Shown here in pieces: positions 19,117-28,806 of a DNA stretch of 64,000 nt (its first letter is position 1; each line of letters begins with the position of its first letter). Under the pieces are notes generated by a model, which ran no database searches, was not told the origin of the DNA, and was given only the letters and a program-made list of their open reading frames with translations. This stretch comes from Candidatus Krumholzibacteriota bacterium (GTDB lineage Bacteria > Krumholzibacteriota > Krumholzibacteriia > JAJRXK01), in NCBI GenBank assembly GCA_963727455.1, contig CAVSGG010000005.1, forward strand, positions 1 through 64,000, given 5' to 3'. The translations under genes were made by a program, and so were the position numbers.

Positions 19117-21293
19117 CAGCGCACGAGAATTACGCGCTGGCTCCTGGAACCGGCGTCGGTCTTGATGCGCAGGAAATAGAGACCGCTCGAAACCGGCGTT
19201 CCGTTGCCGTCGCGTCCGTCCCAAGTAAGAGTAACCGGTCCCGGAGCCACCATTCCCGAGCGCAGAACTCTGAGCCTGCGCCCGGCGACGTCGTAGACCT
19301 TTACGCTCATGGAAGCATCCCGCTGCGCGAAGGCCGGCACTTTGAAGCGTGCCCCGGAAGAGACCACGTAGGGGTTGGGATAGCCAGCCTCGAAGGAGAT
19401 ACCACCCGGAGTAGAAGAGACGGGCGCCGTATCCGCATAGATGAGGAAGTCTTCGTCAGGATCGACTTTGACGGAGGCCACTTCAGCTCCTACGGGGAGG
19501 GTGGTATTCACCGTGGCGTCATCCGTCCACACCCAATAGTCGCTGCTGTCCCCCGCCGCGGTATAGACCCGCACCGGTACCGGTAAACGGAACGAGTTCG
19601 CCGGATCCTGGGTCAAAGTCAGGAGGAGATCCTCCCCCTGGGGCAGCCAACGGGTCCGGAGATGACACACATCCGCCCGGTACAGCCAGGGCTGGAAAAA
19701 CCAGTCCAGAGAACCCCCGTAGACCGCTTCGGCGTGAGCTTGGAAATCGCTACTCGAGACGTGAGAGAATCTCAATGTGGGATCGGTAACGTACTCCCTC
19801 ATCGACTGCAGGAGTTTCTCCCTACCCATCCCGGGGAAGCGCTCTTCGAAGACCTCGCGCAGCATGTGAAGGACCATCGCGCCCTTTTTGTAGCTGACGG
19901 AGCCGAAAAGATCTTCGACGGGCGGATCGACCATGGAATGATCGAAGGAATCCATGTAGTCGTAGAAGCGAAGTTGACGGAACCTGCGGCCGATCGCCTG
20001 GCCGTAGCGGTGCTCGATCCAGAGCACCTCGCAGTACGAAGCGAAACCCTCGTTCAGCCAGATTTCTCCCCAACGCTCGACTCGCACGCAATCTCCGAAC
20101 CACTGGTGAGAGAGCTCGTGAGCGACCACCCATTCCCAGAGCGGTCCCCCGGTGATCGCGTTGATGGCGGTGGTCACGTAATTCTGACTCATGCTGGAGC
20201 AGGTGGCGTGTTCCATGCCGCCACCCCATTTGAACATGGCCATTCCGTAACGCTGATTGGCGAAGGGGTAGGGGCCGAAGATCGAATCGAAGTATTCCAC
20301 TAGCTCGGGGGTCATTCCCCATGAGAATTTCGATTCTCCCAGCCAATCAATTGCTCCGGGAGTCTCCGGCTTGGCGATGTAGTACTCCACCGGCATCTCG
20401 ACGGGCTGACCTGTTCCGTAGTCGGTGACCCGGGCCGTATCGCTGTAGAAGTTGTAATCGGAGATTGCAAGCGAGAAGAGATACGCGGGGATCGGCGTGC
20501 TCATCTCGACGTCGGTTCGTCTCAATCCTCCAGGGAGAGGCGTTTCCACGATGCGGGATCGGTCCGTTCCCGGAACCACCACCATCAGCGAATCGGGACA
20601 GGTGATGTGCACGGAAAATGTGGCTGCATCGTAGGGCGTATCATGGCAGGGCCACCAAGAACGCGCAGACTTCGGCTCGCTCAAAGTCTGGATGATCGGC
20701 TTCCCCGGGAAGGTCCCGCGATTGAACTGAGCGAGTTCGAACCCCATGAAGCCGAAGGATACGGGCTGACCGCGGTAGCGCACGGTGATGGTCGTGGAGT
20801 CGCCTGCGGCCAAGGTGGAGGAGAGGGGTACGGTCAGGGTTTCGGCGGAATGAGTGAAGCTGACCGAAACTCCCTTTACGGCGGTGTCTTCCACCAGGAT
20901 TCCCTCGGAGAAAAGGTCGAGATCGATCTCATCCAGCGGGGCCAGAGCGGTCAGATGCACTTTCACCAGACCGTGGAGAGAATCGACGACGTCGCTCACC
21001 TGAAGAGAGATCTCGTAGCGGGTGACGTCCATGGGACGATCATCCCGCTGCAGCGGGGTTGATCGGTCGAGTTTGCCCGAAGCCAGTGGGGGAACGGGCA
21101 AATCCAGTCGGGCGGAGGGCTTGTCCAGCGAGTAAAATGCAGCATCGGGATCGCGGAAAGCCTCTGGGCGAGAATCCACGGAAGTAGATTCGCTCTTTGC
21201 GGCATCGAGGAATTGGGGCGAAAATGTCAGGGTGACGGCAGCCACCAGCGCAACGAGCCCCACCTTTGATGCGTAGTCCGAGAATCTCGTCAT
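19116..21293 (-). CDS. Secreted M1-family zinc aminopeptidase with C-terminal FlgD-Ig/T9SS-type-A-like domain
   Basis: Signal peptide; GGMEH, HELSHQW, WLNEGFA, YKKG; tail GYPNPY...VYDVAGR...WDGRDGNG..VSSGLYFLRI. Confidence 0.92.
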   Translation of the reverse strand: MTRFSDYASKVGLVALVAAVTLTFSPQFLDAAKSESTSVDSRPEAFRDPDAAFYSLDKPSARLDLPVPPLASGKLDRSTPLQRDDRPMDVTRYEISLQVSDVVDSLHGLVKVHLTALAPLDEIDLDLFSEGILVEDTAVKGVSVSFTHSAETLTVPLSSTLAAGDSTTITVRYRGQPVSFGFMGFELAQFNRGTFPGKPIIQTLSEPKSARSWWPCHDTPYDAATFSVHITCPDSLMVVVPGTDRSRIVETPLPGGLRRTDVEMSTPIPAYLFSLAISDYNFYSDTARVTDYGTGQPVEMPVEYYIAKPETPGAIDWLGESKFSWGMTPELVEYFDSIFGPYPFANQRYGMAMFKWGGGMEHATCSSMSQNYVTTAINAITGGPLWEWVVAHELSHQWFGDCVRVERWGEIWLNEGFASYCEVLWIEHRYGQAIGRRFRQLRFYDYMDSFDHSMVDPPVEDLFGSVSYKKGAMVLHMLREVFEERFPGMGREKLLQSMREYVTDPTLRFSHVSSSDFQAHAEAVYGGSLDWFFQPWLYRADVCHLRTRWLPQGEDLLLTLTQDPANSFRLPVPVRVYTAAGDSSDYWVWTDDATVNTTLPVGAEVASVKVDPDEDFLIYADTAPVSSTPGGISFEAGYPNPYVVSSGARFKVPAFAQRDASMSVKVYDVAGRRLRVLRSGMVAPGPVTLTWDGRDGNGTPVSSGLYFLRIKTDAGSRSQRVILVR

Positions 21294-21347
21294 AGGCTTC
21301 CTAACTTCGTACTCACTCTCATGCCGAACGCCCGGTGAGGATAAGCA

Positions 21348-22991
21348 ATGAGCCCACGCGATTCAACGACTCACCAGCTCCCTTCGAAGCTGAGCTTTCC
21401 CTTCTTCGTCCTGTGCCTGCTCCTGAGCGCCTGCGCGAGTCAAATTGCGTCCGGGCCGGCCTGGCCGGACGGGGAATCGTCTTCTCCGGAAGTGAGCCAG
21501 GAGAAACTCGAGTCCCTCCTGGAACCGCGACCGCCGGCGGAATACTGGTGGAATCAGCCGAAGGAGAAGCTGCCGCGACTATTGGGAGGGAAGTACCTGG
21601 ACCCGCGAGATAGCTTGGGGTTTGCCGGCTTCCGTCAGCTCCCCGAGGAAGAGCAGCGCGCCCGCCGGCAGAGCGCCACGAAACACCTCAACAAGGCACT
21701 GGCCCTGGGCGTGAACAATGTGGCGCTCAATGATTACGCGACCGGCGTAGGACTGTGTCCCTACTATCCCGAGATCTGGCTTCACTACGCGGAAATTGAG
21801 ATCCAGATGGGAAACTACACCACGAGCCGCTACCTCCTGCAAGGCGTGGAGCGAAGCCTGCGCTTTGTCTCGGGCAAGGGGCAGCAGAAAGAAGTCGCGG
21901 CGGACTTTTATTATCTGGATGCTCTCGCCTCTTACAACCTGGGAGAGAAGGACAGGGCACTGGAGTCGGTCCAGAACAGCCTCACTTTGAGGGGTGGAAA
22001 TCTGGACGCTCGTTTGCTCAAGGCTCGCTGCCTCACGGATCTCGAGCGTTACGACGAAGCGCGAAGGGAACTGTCTGCCTTCGAGTTTGGAACGCCCTAC
22101 TACGCCCAGGCGCAGGCGGTGCGCGGCGTTCTGGAGATGGATGTGGGCGATTTGAAGAAGGCAGGGCGCGCGTTCTCCGAAGCCTGGGAATACGGACTGC
22201 GCAGCGGAATTCTCGAAAACGACCGGGGCCGTCTGAGTCTCTTGCAGAATCAGCCCGAGGAAGCCATCTCCCATTTCGAACGAGCGGTACGTCTGATGCC
22301 CGAGCTCATGGAAGCTCGCAACAACCTTGCGGTGGCACTGCGGCGAAATGGCCAGGACGACCGGGCGGAGCAGGTCTTGCACCGCGCCATCGCGTTGAAC
22401 CCAAACTATGCACCCACCCATTTCAACTTGGCGGAGCTTCTGCGATCGCGCTTGGACAAACTGCAGGGAGATGAACTGCGAAGGACTGCGAATGAGGCAC
22501 GCGCAAACTACGATGCGGCTCTCGCGCAGCATTACCGCCCCAAGGTCGTTCTCGAGCGCCGGGCGTGGATTGCCCTCCGCTTGGGTGATTTGTCCGCGGC
22601 TGAGGAGGACCTGCTGAAACTCACCGGGACTTCCAATCCGGACGGACGTGTGCTCTTTCTGCTCGCTCACACCAAGCAGGAGCAGAACGATCTGCGCGTC
22701 GCGCAGAAACTCTACGAGATGGCCATCCAGCGGGGATACGACGGCGCCGACGTTCACAGCGAGCTGGGAGAGGTATTACTGCGTCGCCAAGATCTCCAAC
22801 GGGCGCGAAGCGAACTCGAGAAAGCCATCTCCCTGGATAAAAGCTTGGTCGCGACGCGACTCAATCTGTGTCAGACACTCATCGAATTGCAGGACTATCC
22901 GGCTGCCGAGAAAGTCCTGAACGAAACGGAAGCCCTCGCTCCCAATGATCCTGCGGTCAAAGCGCAAAGGAAGGCTCTGGAGTCACGATGA
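21348..22991 (+). CDS. TPR-repeat lipoprotein
   Basis: Lipobox LSAC; many TPR-like helical repeats (ARNNLAVAL, THFNLAELL, VHSELGEVL). Confidence 0.85.
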   Translation: MSPRDSTTHQLPSKLSFPFFVLCLLLSACASQIASGPAWPDGESSSPEVSQEKLESLLEPRPPAEYWWNQPKEKLPRLLGGKYLDPRDSLGFAGFRQLPEEEQRARRQSATKHLNKALALGVNNVALNDYATGVGLCPYYPEIWLHYAEIEIQMGNYTTSRYLLQGVERSLRFVSGKGQQKEVAADFYYLDALASYNLGEKDRALESVQNSLTLRGGNLDARLLKARCLTDLERYDEARRELSAFEFGTPYYAQAQAVRGVLEMDVGDLKKAGRAFSEAWEYGLRSGILENDRGRLSLLQNQPEEAISHFERAVRLMPELMEARNNLAVALRRNGQDDRAEQVLHRAIALNPNYAPTHFNLAELLRSRLDKLQGDELRRTANEARANYDAALAQHYRPKVVLERRAWIALRLGDLSAAEEDLLKLTGTSNPDGRVLFLLAHTKQEQNDLRVAQKLYEMAIQRGYDGADVHSELGEVLLRRQDLQRARSELEKAISLDKSLVATRLNLCQTLIELQDYPAAEKVLNETEALAPNDPAVKAQRKALESR

Positions 22992-23470
22992 TGCGAATCC
23001 TCTTGATCCTCGCTCTTCTTTCTTCCTGGACCTCGTTCGCAGCGGCGGCAAGCACTCAGAGTGCTGTGGGCGAAACCGGGCAACGAGAGACGAGTTCCCC
23101 ACAGGTTTTGGAGCGCCATGAGGGCTATCGAAGTCCGGAAGGCGCCGCGCTCAGAAGCATCGTCGTGCCAGGTTGGGGGCAACACTACAACGGCGAGCCG
23201 ACCAAGGGCTGGATCCTCGGTTCGGTCGCGGTGGTGGGTTTGCTCTTGGGCACCAAGGTTCTCCAGCCGGGTATCCTCTCGCGCGACAACGAAAGACACA
23301 ATCTGGAACAGAGCTTTGGCTGGTTTTGCTACAGCGGGTCGGTCGCCTGGGCCACCGTCGACGCGTATCTGCGGGCGGAGACCATCAATCGGGAAAACGG
23401 CTATGATCTCGTGCTTCAAACTGGCATCTCGCGGGGTTGGCGCGTCACCCTGGTGACTCTGAGCTTCTGA
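22988..23470 (+). CDS. DUF5683-like exported/membrane protein
   Basis: Signal peptide; ALRSIVVPGWGQHYNG motif; ATGA overlap with the TPR gene. Confidence 0.7.
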   Translation: MMRILLILALLSSWTSFAAAASTQSAVGETGQRETSSPQVLERHEGYRSPEGAALRSIVVPGWGQHYNGEPTKGWILGSVAVVGLLLGTKVLQPGILSRDNERHNLEQSFGWFCYSGSVAWATVDAYLRAETINRENGYDLVLQTGISRGWRVTLVTLSF

Positions 23471-23586
23471 GCTTGATTTCACAGGAAGATCAGTTATCAT
23501 CGAAGTGCTTCCCTTCCTTCCCAAGCGTCCTCTCTCCTCCCAGCTTTATGCCATTTGTCGCCTCCCTTCGTTCGATGGAGGTAGGT

Positions 23587-24240
23587 ATGAGATTTTCTCT
23601 TAAGCCCAGGTCTCTCATTTTTCTGATGGCGGTCGTCGCCGTCTCGTTTATGCCGGGTCGCTCTTCGGCCGCGATCGTCCTGAACGAGTTGCTCGCTGCT
23701 CCCGCGCGCGACTGGAACGGCGACGGTGAGGTAGATTACAAGAACGACGAGTGGGTGGAGATCCTGAACACCGGCAATCTTACGGTGGACCTCACCGGCC
23801 TCTACCTGAAGGACGCCACGGGGGACGCATATCACTATGGTTTCACGGGCAGTTTGGCTCCGGGTGAGACCATGGTGGTGTACGGCAGCGATGCCGTCGC
23901 CTGGCAGGCCGCCAACGATGCGGGCAGCAGCGGCCTGAGCATCAACAACGGAGACGAGATGTTGGAGCTATGGCGTGACATCCCCGACCCCAGGGTTCTC
24001 CAAGTGGTCGACTTCGTGCCGATCCCGGCCCACGCGGGGGCGAGCGACCGCGCGATGGGCCGCCTCCCGGATTCCCTGGACTGGGTGCTCTTCGACTCGC
24101 TGAATCCCTACTCCGGGGATCTCCTTCCCGCGGGGACCGGCTGTGTGCCCTCGCCCGGGGTTCCCAACTCCTGCGATGCGGTAGGGGTCGAGGACCTCAG
24201 CTTCGGCAGAATCAAGGCCTCTCACGGCATGAGGAACTGA
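23587..24240 (+). CDS. Secreted lamin-tail-domain protein with a C-terminal 'SFGRIKA' tail
   Basis: SD GGAGG; signal peptide; IVLNELL, DWNGDGEVD, DEWVEILN..VDLTGLYLKD, SINNGDE, PSPG are typical of LTD. Confidence 0.82.
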   Translation: MRFSLKPRSLIFLMAVVAVSFMPGRSSAAIVLNELLAAPARDWNGDGEVDYKNDEWVEILNTGNLTVDLTGLYLKDATGDAYHYGFTGSLAPGETMVVYGSDAVAWQAANDAGSSGLSINNGDEMLELWRDIPDPRVLQVVDFVPIPAHAGASDRAMGRLPDSLDWVLFDSLNPYSGDLLPAGTGCVPSPGVPNSCDAVGVEDLSFGRIKASHGMRN

Positions 24241-24294
24241 AATGAGACCCGGGTCATGCGCGCTGGGCGCACTGCGCGCGTGACCCGAATCCCC

Positions 24295-24323
24295 TGGGCA
24301 AGGGGTCCAGCTTGTTCTATGCT
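24295..24323 (+). promoter_or_regulatory. Putative sigma-70 promoter (TGGGCA-17-TATGCT) with start site at the ATG; leaderless
   Basis: The -10 element ends 7 nt before ATG 24331; no SD. Confidence 0.45.
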
Positions 24324-24330
24324 GCCGCCC

Positions 24331-25269
24331 ATGCGAAGAGATCTGAAAGAACTCTGGAGCCGCGCTCGCGGGGGAGATCTGGAGGCGACGAGTTCGCTCT
24401 TCAGTTCGCTGCACGCGAGCGGGCCCGAGCGCCAGGCCCTGGTGGAGATGGTGCACCCACTCACCGGTCACGCGCACCGCGTGGGCTTCGCAGGGCCGAC
24501 GGGAGTGGGAAAGAGCACTCTTTTGGAGGGGCTGTCACGTCTCTGGCGGGACAAGAACACCAACGTTGGTCTGGTGACGAGTTCTCCGGCGACCCGGGAC
24601 GTGAATCTGGGTGAGGGCTTGAAGCTCCTGGAACTCGCGCAGGAGGAGGGGACCCTCCTCCACGCATTGCCCGCCGAGCTGGAACCCCGGGAGCGAAATC
24701 TCGCCGCAGGCCTCGTGGCGGACGCGATGGAAGCCCTGGGCTGCGATCCCATCCTGTTGGAAGCGCCCGGTCTGGGGCCGAACGAGGTCGAGCTCATCCG
24801 GCGCAGCCATACCATCGTGCTGGTTCTCTCTCCTGAGCCAGCAACCCTGGAACTGATCCTGAGCGGTCCCTGGATCGAAGGAGCGGACATCGTGGTGCTG
24901 AACCACTGCGAAAGGGAGGGTGCCCAAGAGGCCGCCGCTCGTCTGCAGGAGAGACTGCAAGCCACGGGCAACCTCCGTCCTCTGGTGCTCACGCAGGCCA
25001 ACCACGGCGTGGGCCTGAGCGAGCTGAGCACCGCGCTGCGTGCTCATGCCGATGCGCTCAGGCAGGGCGGGGGCTACGAGCTTCGGCGTCGTAGTGGGCT
25101 GCGGGCCCAACTCCGTTTGCTCACCGAGGAGCGCCTCTTGGCCTCGCTGTGGCAGGACGCCGACCTCAGCCGCACCCTCGACGAGCTCGCCGAGGACGTG
25201 GCCCATCTGCGGACGGACCCCGAGTCTGCTGCGGCGCGCCTGGCGAAGTGGATTCGAGGGAAGCAGTAA
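24331..25269 (+). CDS. MeaB/ArgK-like P-loop protein, degenerate
   Basis: [17 protein letters not shown]-loop, [11 protein letters not shown] (cf. ETVGVGQSE), ADIVVLN, GVGLSEL and a C-terminal DPESAA helix match the MeaB layout, but key motifs are altered. Confidence 0.75.
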   Translation: MRRDLKELWSRARGGDLEATSSLFSSLHASGPERQALVEMVHPLTGHAHRVGFAGPTGVGKSTLLEGLSRLWRDKNTNVGLVTSSPATRDVNLGEGLKLLELAQEEGTLLHALPAELEPRERNLAAGLVADAMEALGCDPILLEAPGLGPNEVELIRRSHTIVLVLSPEPATLELILSGPWIEGADIVVLNHCEREGAQEAAARLQERLQATGNLRPLVLTQANHGVGLSELSTALRAHADALRQGGGYELRRRSGLRAQLRLLTEERLLASLWQDADLSRTLDELAEDVAHLRTDPESAAARLAKWIRGKQ

Positions 25270-25300
25270 TCCAGGTCAAAGCTCTGTGGCCGCTCGATCT

Positions 25301-25323
25301 TTGACGTTTCGAACTAATGTTCG
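25301..25323. promoter_or_regulatory. TTGACG followed by palindrome CGAAC-TAAT-GTTCG (putative operator) upstream of the acyl-CoA operon
   Basis: Perfect 5-4-5 inverted repeat at 25310-25323 in an AT-richer intergenic region. Confidence 0.45.
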
Positions 25324-25486
25324 GACGCTCGTCCTTTCAATTTTGCCGATCAAACGATATTGTATTCTTCTGTATGGAGTTTCGACGCTCCACACCCGAA
25401 AACCAATTCGAACCCAATGCGATGTACCGCTGCCCGATTCTTCACTCTGGGGGCGGACGGGTCCGGCTGAGCCGAATGAGGTGCCG

Positions 25487-26623
25487 ATGCAGCTGACAGA
25501 GAATCAGACCATGATCCGGGACGTAGCTCGCCGCTTCGCCCAAGAACAACTCGCTCCCATCGCGCACGAAATCGACGAAGAAGGTCGCTTTCCCGAGGAA
25601 ACGATCCAGAAACTGGCGGAGCTCGGATTTTTGGGCTGTTTCATCCCCGAGGAGTGGGGTGGGGCGGGTCTGGATACGGTGAGCTACGCGATTATCGTCG
25701 AGGAGATCGCGAAGGTGTGCGGTTCCACTGGACTCACCGTGGCTGCGCACAATTCCCTGGGTTGTTGGCCGCTGTTGGCCTTCGGCACGAAGGAGCAGAA
25801 GGAGAAGTATCTGCGCAGGGCGGCCAGCGGCGAGATGCTGGTCAGCTACGGCCTCACCGAACCCGGTGCGGGGAGCGACGCCGGTGGTACGAGGACTTAC
25901 GCCCAACTCGACGGAGACGAGTGGGTGCTCAACGGAAACAAGTGCTGGATCACCAACGCGTCCTACGCCGGCCTCTACGTGCTCACGGCCGTGACCGACC
26001 GTGAGAAGGGAACCCATGGTGGAATCAGCGCATTCTTGGTCGAGCGAGGCACCAAGGGATTCGAAGTTGGTTCCAAAGAGCACAAGTTGGGAATGCGCGC
26101 CAGTGATACCGCGACCCTCACTTTGCAAGACGTGAGGATTCCCCGTGACAACCTGCTAGGCGAATTGGGACAGGGTTTCCCTTCGTTCATGAAGATCTTG
26201 GACGGGGGGCGCATTTCCATCGGTGCGCTGGCCCTGGGCATCGCCGAGGGCGCCTACGAGTACGCACTGAACTATTCCAAAGAACGCAAGGCGTTTGGCA
26301 AACCCATCAGCGCGTTTCAGGCCATCCAGTGGATGCTGGCCGACGCGCGGACGGAAATCGAAGCCGCGCGGCTGATGATCTACAACACCGCGCAGAAGAA
26401 GGACCGAGGCGAGGACTACACTCTCGAGAGCGCGATGTGCAAGCTCTACGCGAGCGAGATGGCGATGCGGGTGACGAATAACGCAATCCAGATCATGGGC
26501 GGTTACGGCTACTGCCGCGACTATCCCGTGGAGCGCATGTACCGCGACGCGAAACTGTGCACGATCGGCGAGGGAACCAGCGAGATTCAGCGCCTCGTCA
26601 TCAGCCGCCAGATCCTCTCCTGA
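25487..26623 (+). CDS. Acyl-CoA dehydrogenase (short/branched-chain type)
   Basis: [51 protein letters not shown]; SD GAGG before ATG 25487. Confidence 0.95.
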   Translation: MQLTENQTMIRDVARRFAQEQLAPIAHEIDEEGRFPEETIQKLAELGFLGCFIPEEWGGAGLDTVSYAIIVEEIAKVCGSTGLTVAAHNSLGCWPLLAFGTKEQKEKYLRRAASGEMLVSYGLTEPGAGSDAGGTRTYAQLDGDEWVLNGNKCWITNASYAGLYVLTAVTDREKGTHGGISAFLVERGTKGFEVGSKEHKLGMRASDTATLTLQDVRIPRDNLLGELGQGFPSFMKILDGGRISIGALALGIAEGAYEYALNYSKERKAFGKPISAFQAIQWMLADARTEIEAARLMIYNTAQKKDRGEDYTLESAMCKLYASEMAMRVTNNAIQIMGGYGYCRDYPVERMYRDAKLCTIGEGTSEIQRLVISRQILS

Positions 26624-26659
26624 CCACACCAGCGATTGCACGAGGAAAGGGAAGAACTC

Positions 26660-27847
26660 ATGTCGACCAAAGCCGTAATTTTGTCGGGCGCACGTACTCC
26701 GGTTGGAAAGTTTCAAGGGGGCCTCGCTCCGGTCAAGGCCACCGAATTGGGTGCGGTTGCCGTGAAGGCGGCGGTGGAGCGAGCGAAAATCCCCGCTGAC
26801 AAGGTGAACGAAGTAGTGATGGGCTGCGTTCTGCCTGCAGGGCTGGGGCAGAACCCGGCGCGCCAGGCCACGATCTACAGCGGATTGCCCAACACCATCA
26901 GTGCGATGACGATCAACAAGGTCTGCGGGAGCGGGCTGCGCACGGTCGCTCTTGCGGCGCAGTTCATCAAAGCTCAGGACGCTTCCCTGGTAGTGGCGGG
27001 TGGCATGGAGAGCATGAGCAACGCGCCTTACGCTCTGCCAGGCGCGCGAACCGGGTACCGTCTGGGAAACGGCGAACTCATCGACCTCATGGTGCACGAC
27101 GGATTGTGGGATGTGTACAACGACTTCCACATGGGCATGACCGCGGAGCTGGTGGCCGACAAGTACAAGATCGGCCGCGAAGAGCAGGATCAGTATGCTC
27201 TGAAAAGTCACCAGAAGGCCCTCGCCGCCATGGATGCGGGCAAATTCAAGCAGGAGATCGTTCCGGTGGAAGTGAAGTCGCGCAAGGGCAGCGTGCTCAT
27301 CGATACCGATGAGGGCCCACGCCGGGAGACCACTCTGGATGCCCTGGCCAAGCTACGTCCCGCATTCAAACGGGATGGAGGCACAGTCACCGCGGGCAAT
27401 GCTCCCAGCGTGAACGACGGCGCAGCCGCGGTGGTCGTGGCCAGCGAGGACTTCGCCAAGGAGATGGGCGCCAAGGAGTTCTTCGAAATCGAAGCGTACG
27501 CCACCGGGGCGCTCGAGCCCGAGTGGGTGATGATGGCGCCGGTCAAGGCGGTCAGGAACCTCCTCGCGAAGACGAAGAGTGGCATCGGGGACTTTCCTCT
27601 CATCGAGTTGAACGAGGCCTTCTCCGTGCAGGCACTCGCCGTCATGCGCGAGCTGGAAATGGATCCTGCCAAGGTGAACGTGAACGGCGGGGCAGTGGCC
27701 TTGGGCCATCCGATCGGAGCCAGCGGCACGCGGATTCTCGTCACCCTCATGCACGCGATGATCGATCGTGACGTGGAGAGAGGTCTGGCCGCGCTGTGCC
27801 TGGGTGGAGGCGACGCGGTGGCTCTCAGCGTGCGGCGGGTTGGCTGA
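26660..27847 (+). CDS. Acetyl-CoA C-acetyltransferase (thiolase)
   Basis: [25 protein letters not shown]. Confidence 0.96.
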   Translation: MSTKAVILSGARTPVGKFQGGLAPVKATELGAVAVKAAVERAKIPADKVNEVVMGCVLPAGLGQNPARQATIYSGLPNTISAMTINKVCGSGLRTVALAAQFIKAQDASLVVAGGMESMSNAPYALPGARTGYRLGNGELIDLMVHDGLWDVYNDFHMGMTAELVADKYKIGREEQDQYALKSHQKALAAMDAGKFKQEIVPVEVKSRKGSVLIDTDEGPRRETTLDALAKLRPAFKRDGGTVTAGNAPSVNDGAAAVVVASEDFAKEMGAKEFFEIEAYATGALEPEWVMMAPVKAVRNLLAKTKSGIGDFPLIELNEAFSVQALAVMRELEMDPAKVNVNGGAVALGHPIGASGTRILVTLMHAMIDRDVERGLAALCLGGGDAVALSVRRVG

Positions 27848-27862
27848 GAACGGCTGGAGGAT

Positions 27863-27884
27863 CTCCGGCGTTGGCTCGCCGGAG
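27863..27884 (+). other. Intercistronic stem-loop
   Basis: CTCCGGCG-ttggct-CGCCGGAG perfect 8-bp stem between the thiolase gene and hbd; no U-tract. Confidence 0.5.
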
Positions 27885-27937
27885 CTTCGCGGATTCGAAT
27901 TTTGCGAGTTTGATCTCTCGTTCGAGGAGTGAGTGCA

Positions 27938-28792
27938 ATGACGAGCCAAAGAGTCGCTGTGATCGGCGGCGGAACGATGGGAAACGGGATCGCTCATGTT
28001 TTCGCGCAGAACGGCCATGAGACCATCCTGGTGGACATAGACGACGCGGCGCTCGCCCGCGCAAAGAGCACGATCGAAAAGAACCTCGCCCGCCAGGTGA
28101 AGAAGGAAAAGATCACCCAGGATACCGCCGATGCTTCGCTCTCGCGCCTGGACCTCACCTGTGACCTGAACCGGGTCAAGGGTTGTAGCCTGGTGGTCGA
28201 GGCCGTATTCGAGCGCAAGGACGTGAAGCTGGGAATCTATGAGAAGGTAGTTCCTCTTCTGGGTGAAGAGACCATTCTCGCCAGCAACACCTCCTCGATC
28301 TCCATTACGGAGTTGGGTGCCGCCTCCAAGATCGCCGAGAGATTCATCGGCATGCACTTCTTCAATCCGGTTCCGATGATGAAGTTGGTGGAGGTCATCC
28401 GCGGGCATCACACCTCCGATGCGACCACCAAGAAAGTCGTCCAAATCGCCACTGACCTGGGAAAGACTCCCGTGGAGGTCAACGATTATCCGGGCTTCGT
28501 GAGCAACCGAGTGCTCATGCCGATGATCAATGAAGCCGTCTACTGTCTGATGGAAGGCGTGGCCACCGCCGAGGGTATCGACGAAGTCATGAAATTGGGA
28601 ATGGCCCATCCCATGGGCCCCTTGACCCTCGCCGATTTCATCGGCCTGGATGTTTGCCTCGACATCATGAACGTGCTCTTCAGCGAACTCGGGGATCCCA
28701 AGTATCGCCCCTGTCCCTTGCTCAAGAAAATGGTGGCCGCGAACGACCTGGGCCGTAAAAGCGGGCGTGGTTTCTACAGCTACGAGCGCTGA
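27938..28792 (+). CDS. hbd: 3-hydroxybutyryl-CoA dehydrogenase
   Basis: [53 protein letters not shown]. Confidence 0.94.
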   Translation: MTSQRVAVIGGGTMGNGIAHVFAQNGHETILVDIDDAALARAKSTIEKNLARQVKKEKITQDTADASLSRLDLTCDLNRVKGCSLVVEAVFERKDVKLGIYEKVVPLLGEETILASNTSSISITELGAASKIAERFIGMHFFNPVPMMKLVEVIRGHHTSDATTKKVVQIATDLGKTPVEVNDYPGFVSNRVLMPMINEAVYCLMEGVATAEGIDEVMKLGMAHPMGPLTLADFIGLDVCLDIMNVLFSELGDPKYRPCPLLKKMVAANDLGRKSGRGFYSYER

Positions 28793-28806
28793 GTCTTAAG
28801 GAGAGA

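Noticed and set aside
25040-25486. Apparent 149-aa N-terminal extension on the first ACAD (also long extensions on pcrA, oppA, lpoB, and the 40740 and 56439 ORFs)
   Set aside because: They overlap neighbouring genes or promoter regions; better downstream starts match family N-termini
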